Origin: Macrostomum lignano
Taxonomy: Eukaryota
Length of the DNA stretch: 64,000 nucleotides
NCBI GenBank assembly: GCA_002269645.1
Contig: NIVC01001022.1
Span: 248,001-312,000 of the forward strand
Reading direction: 5' to 3'
Shown here: positions 57,058-64,000 of the stretch, in pieces
Layout of the letters: each line of letters opens with the position of its first letter
Numbering within the stretch: the stretch's first letter is position 1
The notes under the pieces: model-generated
Seen by the model: the letters and a program-made list of their open reading frames with translations, nothing else
What the model was told of the DNA's origin: nothing
Databases searched by the model: none
Program-made: the position numbers and the translations under genes

Positions 57058-57129
<72 letters not shown>

Positions 57130-57156
57130 GTCTATCTATCTATCCATCTATCTATC

Positions 57157-57229
<73 letters not shown>

Positions 57230-57259
57230 ATATCTATCTGTCTATCTATATATCTATCC

Positions 57260-57298
<39 letters not shown>

Positions 57299-57387
57299 CA
57301 TCATCTATCTATCTATCTATCTATCTATCTGTCTATCTATCTATCCATCTATTTATCATCTATCTATCTATCATCTATCTATCTATC

Positions 57388-57446
<59 letters not shown>

Positions 57447-57488
57447 CATCTATCATCTATCTATCTATCATCTATCTATCTATCATCG

Positions 57489-57519
<31 letters not shown>

Positions 57520-57556
57520 CATCTATCATCTATCTATCTATCATCTATCTATCATA

Positions 57557-57597
<41 letters not shown>

Positions 57598-57598
57598 G

Positions 57599-57657
<59 letters not shown>

Positions 57658-60600
57658 CACCCCTCCGCAGAATCTCCAGCATGAGCTATCCGAAGTTCGG
57701 TCTCGAGTTGGCGAAGTTCGCGACGCTGCTGCCAGCCTGATCGGTGCTGCTGCTCAGCACGGCAGCCCGACTTCGAAGCAGCAGCAGCAGCAGCCGTCGC
57801 TGCCCCAGTCAACTGTCGGTGGCGCCGCCTCGGTGTCCCCTGCGGACGTGTCAGAAGCTGCTGCTGTAGCCCTTGAGAGATTGGATATCGTCGATGAAAA
57901 ATTGGAGGTTTGTTCAAAAATATCAGTGCCGTATTGCACTGCCGCTATTTATTAATAAACAATTTCAATATCATAAATCAAATAGTCATCTGTCAAACAA
58001 AATTTTTGTTTTAAGACCGAAGTCCTTAGCGCTGCTAACTAATATTGAACCGAGAGTAAAAAAGCAACAGCCTCTTTTTGTGATTTTTTTTCTATTTAAA
58101 AGGGAACTTTGTACTTTTTATGTAGCTATATGTGGGTTGCAATTTCTTTTGATTGATCGCCATATGCATGCTTTTTTGCCGCGAGAGCTGATGTCAAACA
58201 GACAGCTTCTAAGGCAAAAAACAAAGAAATGTACATGGGAACACGTAGAAACTAAAAGTTGAAACACACACAAAAACACAGGGAAACTGAAATAGAAACA
58301 CACCCATAAACACGTGGAAACTGAGATAGAAAAACACGCATAAACACATGGAAACTGAGATAGAAACACACCCATAAAAACATGGAAACTGAGGAAGACA
58401 CACGCCCATAAACAGGGAAAATGAGGTAGACACACCCATAAACACAAGGAAAATAGTATAGAAACACGCCTATAAACACAGGGAAACTGAGATAGAAACA
58501 CACCCATAAACACAGGGAAACTGAGATAGAAACACACCCATAAACACAGGGAAACTGAGATAGAAACACACCCATAAACACATGGAAACTAAAATAGAAA
58601 CACACCCATAAACACAGGGAAACTGAGATAGAAACACACCCATTAACACAGGGAAACTGATATAGAAACACACCCATAAACACAGAGAAACTGATATAGA
58701 AACACACCCATAAACACATGGAAACTAAAATAGAAACACACCCATAAACACAGGGAAACTGAGATAGAAACACACCCATTAACACAGGGAAACTGATATA
58801 GAAACACACCCATAAACACAGGGAAACTGAGATAGAAACACACCCATAAACACAGGGAAACTGATATAGAAACACACCCATAAACACAGAGAAACTGATA
58901 TAGAAACACACCCATAAACACATGGAAACTAAAATAGAAACACACCCATAAACACAGGGAAACTGAGATAGAAACACACCCATTAACACAGGGAAACTGA
59001 TATAGAAACACACCCATAAACACAGAGAAACTGATATAGAAACACACCCATAAACACAGGGAAACTGATATAGAAACACACCCATAAACACAGAGAAACT
59101 GATATAGAAACACACCCATAAACACAGGGAAACTGATATAGAAACACACCCATAAACACAGGGAAACTGAGATAGAAACACACTCATTAACACAGGGAAA
59201 CTGATATAGAAACACACCCATAAACACAGAGAAACTGATATAGAAACACACCCATAAACACAGGGAAACTGAGATAGAAACACACCCATTAACACAGGGA
59301 AACTGATATAGAAACACACCCATAAACACAGGGAAACTGAGATAGAAACACACCCATAAACACAGAGAAACTGATATAGAAACACACCCATAAACACAGG
59401 GAAACTGAGATAGAAACACACCCATAAACACAGGGAAACTGAGATAGAAACACACCCATAAACACAGGGAAACTGAGATAGAAACACACCCATTAACACA
59501 GGGAAACTGATATAGAAACACACCCATAAACACAGAGAAACTGATATAGAAACACACCCATAAACACAGGGAAACTGATATAGAAACACACCCATAAACA
59601 CAGAGAAACTGATATAGAAACACACCCATAAACACAGGGAAACTGAGATAGAAACACACCCATTAACACAGGGAAACTGATATAGAAACACACCCATAAA
59701 CACAGGGAAACTGAGATAGAAACACACCCATAAACACAGGGAAACTGATATAGAAACACACCCATAAACACAGAGAAACTGATATAGAAACACACCCATA
59801 AACACAGAGAAACTGCACTTACCTTATCCTTAGGACCAAGTTCTTCCTACGTTTTTATTTCTATTAATATGGTTTAAAACATTTCTTATATTTATTTAGC
59901 ATTATTATAAGTAAGTGCATAAAGTTAACTGTGAGTGCATGGATGCTTGTATTTATTTGTTTTAATTTCCAGAGTCTACTAACAAGCGACAAGAGTGCAG
60001 ACGGCGCTATTGAAGACTCCATGTCGCCGCAACAGAGCGTCGCAGTTCAAAATCAAGCTCCATCATCTGTGCCCCAGTCTCCATCAACTAGCATAGCCGT
60101 AGCTAAAGAGCGTTTAAATGTGATTCGCGGACAAATTGAAGATCTTGTTCGTGGCGCACAGCTGATGCGCGACTCTTTAGCAAGCGTGAACAGCGTTGCA
60201 CAAATTCGCGTACAAGCTGAGGTAAGTAAACATTTTTATTTAGCTGACCTATAAAATCAGAAGTATTAGAAAATGTTTCACTTTCTACTGTAAGTAGAGT
60301 CATTTGAGTATCGGTTTGACAGATAAATTAATCATAAAAATATTCGTTCGCGCGTCTGTATATAAACAATCGTATTTAAACAAACGACACAATTTTCGAT
60401 ATAATTTCAAATCAAATTTTACAACCTGATTGATTGCACCAAAACAAATGCTGGGCAAAACTCACTGCTAACCCAAGTAAAAAGAAATTTATGCACACAA
60501 ACCATGTAAAAGTTATTTATCGACTCTGTATCGACGCTGTTTATTTATTTTATTTATTTAATTATTTATAAACTCCTTAATAATAATGGTTTATTTGCAG

Positions 60601-63600
60601 ATATTTTCGGACTTTTGCAATTCAGTAAGTTTGTGACCGCTAACTGCTGGCGACCGTGTGTTGAGCGAAATTAGGAAACAGATTAGAAATAACAAAAGAT
60701 GTGTAGCTAATTTAATAATCATCTGCTTGGCTCTTTTTTGTAAAATAAAGTTTCATATTATCGGATATTTTAAATATTATTATCTTATATATTATTTACT
60801 GTTATAACTTACGTAAAAATAAATTACAATATATTTCCTTATTTAAGCATTGCCTTTATATTTAACGAGTATTATAATGCATGTTAATTTTTTTTAAATT
60901 AGATTTGCATCGAAATATCATATTTATATATTACTTGGTCAATACCAATTGCAGCACGTTATTGGCTTATTATCTTTGTCTTGTAGTCAAGAAAAATAAA
61001 ACTCGCGATTTAGCTGTTAGTTTTTTCACTTAGTGCATTTTAAACGAAAAATTAAATATGCATTCCTTATAGTTTTGGCTGGACCAATTAAACTTTCTCT
61101 TCTCTTATGGAAATAAATAAAAGACTTCACTGCAAAAATATTTTTGCAAACTGTTTCCCATCTCTATCAACCATATTATTGTTGTCCAGCACAAATTACC
61201 AACACTTCAAGTCTATTAAAATCATTAATTATTTAGATTTTATAGAATTTTAAATCCAAATTTTCTTAAATTGATTCTCGGGTGATGCTACTAATAGTGA
61301 CGTCATCAGTAGAGAGAACGAGTATACGGATAAAAAAGTTAATTAATTAAAACATTAGAAACATTTTATGCGTTTCGAATTTGATTTTTTAACTACTGAT
61401 GTAGTGGAACTCAGTAGTAGCATCGGCGCATTTGATCGCAAATTGAAATTTTAAGGCATTATCCTGAATCGTTTCTTTTTTAACTTAACACGTGTGGCTT
61501 TTAGACTGCGCTTAGCATTCAATGATTGTTATAATGCGGCCAATCGTAAACGTTATTTTGGCCGTTCTGATCAATTAGTAATCCATCGCAATGGAGAGCA
61601 GAGTGGCGTGAACATGTTGGCTTTTTTCTCGCTAAAACTTACGAGTAACAATATCTTTTTAAAGCGTTTGCAGTCTTGATTGAGTAACTCAGTGCTTTGA
61701 AATTTGGGTATTTTCACTGATTAATTTTCTAGAAATGTCGCTTTGCTTTTTAAAAAGCACCTTCTTGAGGATCTTGAACTTTTTTACTTTTGATACCCTA
61801 CTTAAGATAAGATAGAGTGTGTGTAAATAGGGTTCTTACCAGCCGCGCTACCGATAGTAATACCAAGGTCGTACTACTCGGGTAGTACGGGAAACTATGT
61901 TTCTTGAAAAAAAATTAGGACGCAGGTTTTATCGAAGAAATAAATTACAGGGTTGTAATATTTTTTCAGAGCAAAATGTGTTATTACTTTCAGTTCAGTA
62001 GCAAAGAAGAATGCATAAGCTATTTTATAAAAGTAAAGCCAGCTTTGATAAGTTTAGAAGCCAAGAACCCAAGCTTACAGGCGTAAACAACTTGCTAATT
62101 GGTTCAGCCAGAATGTACATTGGCCAGTCCACCGAAATGTACATGGCAGCTTTAGGCTGGAATTCCGAGAAAGGCAATAAAAATTGGGACGAGGCGTGGG
62201 GTAGAGGGAAAGGCGCGGTGCGATTGGAGGGTTTAAACTGGAGGTGGGAGGGGGAAGAGCCAATAAATGAGCCCTGGCTTCAAAAATACATTAAAATGCT
62301 TGTCTAGCCTACTACTGAACTGAAAGTAGCTTACACGCAAATGTGCCGAGTGGCCCATCTAGTTATTATACTGTCTATGGCCCGTCTCGTATCCTATCGT
62401 AACGTCTCCAAGAAACTTAGTTTCCAATCCTACTACATGAGTAGTCCTTGAGTATAATACGCTAATATTTTTCTTGATTTGATTGAGTTATCATTACAAT
62501 ATCTATCCTGCATACCGGTTTTATGTACTCAACTGCTTCTATAGTGTCGCCTGATATTGTGAAAATTAGAGCAGTTAATTTATTAATCTGTACAAAAATT
62601 GTATTTGCAGTTTTTTCGCGGTCAATTCGGTTTAATCACCAAGGACATCGGCTCCGCAGTAGCCGAATTCAATGCCGCTTATCCCAGCGCCAGTGTCGAC
62701 GAGGAGGCCGCTGGCTTCTCCGAAAGCGACGGAGACGGCTGGGTGTCGCCAAACATTCTACCGCCGTCTGTGCTGTCGCATCGGCATGAACTGCTGCAGC
62801 TGCAGGTGAGTCTTCGGACGCTTCGGATTTCTTGGGATTAGGATTCTTAGAAATACGATTGGAAACTCAGTTTGAAATTGGAGTCTCGGCTTGGCTCTGC
62901 TCGTGCAATTAACACCCCGCTTGAGGGCCACCCCCCCCCCCCAAGGCACAGTGAGTGAAGTGTACATGCCTTACCATCAATAAAGTTAGGGCCGCTGTAC
63001 ACTCCTGTGTGAGTGTGTGCCTGTGCGTATGAGTATGACTGCGTAGGTATCCGCGCGCTGTGGAATGGGCAGCAATGCCTCTCGCCGGTTGTGTGACAAT
63101 GTCGCTTAAAGTGCACACAGGGTGCCACAGGAACAGCCTCAAATAAAGAAGACCTCCACCTTGTTGTTTAGTTAATTCTTGAAAACAAAAAATTATTTTC
63201 TTCTTAAATACAAGTTTTTTTCTTTAAAAAGCAAAATGATTTTCCTGTAATTATATTTGTAATGGAATCAGTTTATTATCTAGTAGCAAGTTCTTACATT
63301 TTTATACTCAGTTATCAATATTTTAGCTCAATCATCGATTTTTAACTCAATTATCGATTTTTACCTCAATTATCGATTTTTACCTCAATTATCGATTTTT
63401 TAAACTTAATTATCGATTTTTACCTCACTTATCGATTTTTAAACTTAATTATCGATTTGTAACTCAGTTATCGATTTTTATCTCAATTATCGATTTTTAC
63501 CTCAATTATCGGTTTTTTAAACTCACTTATCAATTTTTAAACTTAATTATCGATTTTTAACTCACTTATCGATTTTTTAAACTTAATTATCGATTTCTAA

Positions 63601-63749
63601 CTCAGTTATCGATTTTTTCGCACAATTTTCAGTCGTTCTGGCGCGATAAAATTGCCTTCTTAGACAAGGAGGTGTCGTTTTTCAATTCGACTCACCAGTT
63701 AGCGACTGAGTTGGTCTCGCTGCAGGAGCAGGTGGCTTCTTCTGGTCAG
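21502..63749 (+). CDS. DMD: Dystrophin/utrophin-family gene, 5' portion (19 exons, 6183 nt, 2061 codons; continues beyond the window)
   Basis: Hand-spliced GT-AG exons have compatible phases and one open frame. CH1 ([15 protein letters not shown]; [12 protein letters not shown]), CH2 ([46 protein letters not shown]), then spectrin repeats ([17 protein letters not shown]; [23 protein letters not shown]). Confidence 0.93.
21964..22676 (-). mobile_element. hAT-like MITE of the same family, reversed, with an expanded internal 21-bp array
   Basis: The right end is the reverse complement of 4096-4170; TSD gcgcgatc / gcgcgatt; about 22 copies of ggcgccaaaatgagtgcctgc at 22093-22565. Confidence 0.8.
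23032..23093 (+). CDS. DMD: Dystrophin exon, start of CH1 ([20 protein letters not shown])
   Basis: ttcag| ... AAG|gtgag; 62 bp, phase 1-0; matches dystrophin DVQKKTFTKWVN. Confidence 0.92.
23155..25790 (+). repeat. (TTAG)n/(CTAG)n compound microsatellite, about 2.6 kb, with higher-order structure
   Basis: The rare marker gtttgtcag..gtccgttag recurs at about 23534, 24190, 24694, 25190 and 25574. Confidence 0.97.
25831..26371 (+). CDS. DMD: Dystrophin exon, rest of CH1 plus most of CH2
   Basis: ttgcag|GGATTT ... GATG|gtgag; phase 0-1; lies within ORF 25786..26445. Confidence 0.93.
26876..27069 (+). CDS. DMD: Dystrophin exon, end of CH2 and hinge ([17 protein letters not shown])
   Basis: gccag|AT ... 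ATG|gtaagt; phase 1-0; PDKKS motif. Confidence 0.9.
27107..27690 (+). repeat. (TCTG)n microsatellite
   Basis: Direct reading. Confidence 0.97.
28670..29400 (+). repeat. CT-rich ~15-bp repeat (ctccgctctctccct)
   Basis: Direct reading. Confidence 0.93.
29808..29977 (+). repeat. Two (CT)n tracts
   Basis: Direct reading. Confidence 0.95.
30644..33021 (-). CDS. Nested antisense two-exon gene (33021-32685 and 31194-30644), 295-aa type I membrane protein with a divergent C-type-lectin-like ectodomain
   Basis: Signal peptide [22 protein letters not shown]. Donor AGCG|gtaaat (phase 1) joins acceptor catacag|GT in frame. Four Cys in CTL-like spacing (EFCRS, VLCFP, GSCLF, ILCKR). [30 protein letters not shown] followed by RFRKR. 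Confidence 0.72.
31343..31720 (+). mobile_element. tRNA-derived SINE family A, full copy
   Basis: A-box-like TAGTCTTAGTGG, B-box GCTCGATTCC, A-rich tail; TSD ggttagacga at 31333-31342 and 31724-31733. Confidence 0.85.
33452..33810 (+). mobile_element. SINE family A, full copy
   Basis: Colinear with the 31343 copy; TSD acggcgcacaatc at 33439-33451 and 33811-33823. Confidence 0.88.
33870..35062 (+). repeat. 30-bp minisatellite, about 39 copies
   Basis: caccatacaatccattcgtaggatgtgcaa. Confidence 0.96.
35254..36072 (+). CDS. DMD: Dystrophin exon, first spectrin repeats
   Basis: Polypyrimidine tract then aaacag|; donor GTG|gtgagt; phase 0-0. Confidence 0.9.
37043..37312 (+). CDS. DMD: Dystrophin rod exon
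   Basis: tcgcag|GTG ... AAG|gttggt; phase 0-0. Confidence 0.8.
37978..38526 (+). CDS. DMD: Dystrophin rod exon ([16 protein letters not shown]..)
   Basis: aaacag|GTT ... AAG|gtcagt; phase 0-0; spectrin-repeat Trp motifs. Confidence 0.88.
38618..38810 (+). mobile_element. tRNA-headed CORE-type SINE
   Basis: B-box GGTTCGATTCC; 38692-38752 TGTGTCCTTGAGCAAGACACTTAACT..CTCAGCTGTAAAATGGG aligns with the recalled CORE consensus TGTGACCTTGGGCAAGTCACTTAACC..CTCATCTGTAAAATGGG. Confidence 0.72.
38865..39473 (+). CDS. DMD: Dystrophin rod exon
   Basis: tttcag|GAA ... TGC|gtgagt; phase 0-0. Confidence 0.85.
40100..40384 (-). mobile_element. SINE family A, internally deleted copy
   Basis: Reverse complement of the head and body. 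Confidence 0.8.
40490..40675 (+). repeat. 27-bp minisatellite
   Basis: ggggtatttcaatgcattagaata units. Confidence 0.9.
40722..41033 (+). CDS. DMD: Dystrophin rod exon
   Basis: attcag|TCG ... GAG|gtaagg; phase 0-0. Confidence 0.85.
41549..41668 (-). mobile_element. SINE family A fragment
   Basis: gcagagccaagccg..gactgcacttggaatcgagcctgg. Confidence 0.75.
41675..41920 (+). repeat. 53-bp minisatellite, about 4.5 copies
   Basis: caccccaaaatcgcaaccgcaccccctgtgtgaaacagctgacactcgtacac. Confidence 0.93.
41926..42297 (+). CDS. DMD: Dystrophin rod exon
   Basis: ccgcag|AAC ... CAG|gttggt; phase 0-0. Confidence 0.82.
43045..43392 (+). CDS. DMD: Dystrophin rod exon
   Basis: gtccag|GTG ... GAG|gtgagt; phase 0-0. 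Confidence 0.85.
43460..44110 (+). repeat. 24-bp minisatellite with a 120-bp (5-mer) higher-order repeat
   Basis: atcgccctccaatctcctttgaga; the catttgag..cctatagta variant block recurs at about 43620, 43740, 43860 and 43980. Confidence 0.95.
44292..44500 (+). CDS. DMD: Dystrophin rod exon ([27 protein letters not shown]); not in the ORF track
   Basis: aactag|GTC ... AG|gtagga; phase 0-2; open frame with a spectrin Trp. Confidence 0.85.
44530..47760 (+). repeat. 30-bp minisatellite, about 108 copies, filling one intron
   Basis: gagattttggataatcatcaatttaaactgggt core with a few variable sites. Confidence 0.97.
47797..48034 (+). CDS. DMD: Dystrophin rod exon ([19 protein letters not shown])
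   Basis: cctcag|A ... GAG|gttagt; phase 2-0, complementing the previous exon. Confidence 0.87.
48140..48880 (+). repeat. Degenerate ~30-bp minisatellite
   Basis: ggtgagattttgtaatttcgttattctagg. Confidence 0.88.
49145..49300 (+). CDS. DMD: Dystrophin rod exon ([35 protein letters not shown]..); not in the ORF track on +
   Basis: ccacag|AGT ... CAG|gtgagt; 156 bp, phase 0-0; aligns without gaps to the recalled human segment [35 protein letters not shown]. Confidence 0.92.
50610..50950 (+). repeat. (AGT)n followed by 20/23-bp repeats
   Basis: tagtattagtgtggcattagcag. Confidence 0.88.
51680..51915 (+). repeat. (TCTG)n microsatellite
   Basis: Direct reading. Confidence 0.95.
52115..52756 (+). 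CDS. DMD: Dystrophin rod exon with poly-Q
   Basis: ctgcag|GTT ... TCT|gtgagt; phase 0-0. Confidence 0.86.
52805..53350 (+). repeat. 23-bp minisatellite
   Basis: gtcactctagtctaatcatcatt. Confidence 0.93.
54270..54695 (+). repeat. ~16-bp CpG-rich minisatellite
   Basis: gcataagcgcgcatta / gcataagcgcgcagta. Confidence 0.9.
54931..55195 (+). mobile_element. Possible solo LTR
   Basis: TGTGA...TCACA ends and an AATAA-like signal; flanks atat / ctat, so the TSD is imperfect. Confidence 0.3.
56685..57657 (+). repeat. (TATC)n microsatellite, about 1 kb
   Basis: Direct reading. Confidence 0.97.
57671..57907 (+). CDS. DMD: Dystrophin rod exon ([25 protein letters not shown])
   Basis: ccgcag|AAT ... 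GAG|gtttgt; phase 0-0; open frame. Confidence 0.78.
58260..59815 (+). repeat. 34-bp minisatellite, about 45 copies
   Basis: aaacacacccataaacacagggaaactgagatag. Confidence 0.96.
59973..60221 (+). CDS. DMD: Dystrophin rod/hinge exon
   Basis: ttccag|AGT ... GAG|gtaagt; phase 0-0. Confidence 0.82.
61978..62336. mobile_element. Probable MITE
   Basis: Perfect 17-bp inverted repeat tactttcagttcagtag (61985-62001 / 62312-62328); flanks gcaaaat / gcaaat. Confidence 0.55.
62611..62805 (+). CDS. DMD: Dystrophin exon ([17 protein letters not shown])
   Basis: ttgcag|TTT ... CAG|gtgagt; phase 0-0. Confidence 0.78.
62862..63150 (+). mobile_element. SINE family A, 5'-truncated copy
   Basis: Body matches 31430-31715. 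Confidence 0.8.
63320..63618 (+). repeat. 19-21-bp minisatellite
   Basis: tcaattatcgatttttacc. Confidence 0.9.
63633..63749 (+). CDS. DMD: Dystrophin exon ([39 protein letters not shown])
   Basis: tttcag|TCG ... CAG|gtgagt; phase 0-0. Confidence 0.78.
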
Positions 63750-64000
63750 GTGAGTCACTTCCTAATGAGATCCTTCTATTTGTTTTACTATTAAAGTGCA
63801 CCTGACCTTCAGTTGACCTCAGAGCCTCGGATTTAATAATGGAGACCTCAGCTTTAGCTTAAATTAAGCTTGTGTCGTTGTCAGGATTCCCGCAACCTAC
63901 CTGTGAATATTCATTTTTTTTTCATTACTATACAAGTACACTCTTACCAAATTTTACCAAACCATGCATAGCAACTCATTTATGGTGATTAAAATGTTAC

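Noticed and set aside
19878-59805. Long repetitive ORFs ([51 protein letters not shown] etc.)
   Set aside because: Translations of intronic or intergenic tandem repeats that are open on several frames and strands, with no splice or start context.

Overview
AT-rich eukaryotic (invertebrate animal) genomic DNA. Exon composition (GC-rich, poly-Q/poly-A tracts) resembles macrostomid flatworms, but that is inference only. The main feature is the 5' part of a plus-strand dystrophin/utrophin-family gene: 19 exons reconstructed by hand from about 21502 to 63749, giving 2061 codons in one open frame (CH1, CH2, spectrin repeats); the gene continues past the window. A two-exon antisense gene (295 aa: signal peptide, C-type-lectin-like domain, TM helix) is nested in one dystrophin intron. 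Upstream are an intact full-length LOA/Lian-type non-LTR retrotransposon (13-bp TSD, TAATG stop-start coupling) and a 5'-truncated RTE-type element. There are also tRNA-derived SINEs (one family with five copies, plus one CORE-SINE), hAT-like MITEs and a long-TIR element with an 8-bp TSD. The most unusual signal is a 65-bp 28S-rRNA-derived module covering the R2/I-PpoI target, altered mainly at the cleavage site, carried inside two different short inverted-repeat elements. Also notable: many unrelated mini/microsatellite arrays start or stop within tens of bases of dystrophin splice sites.
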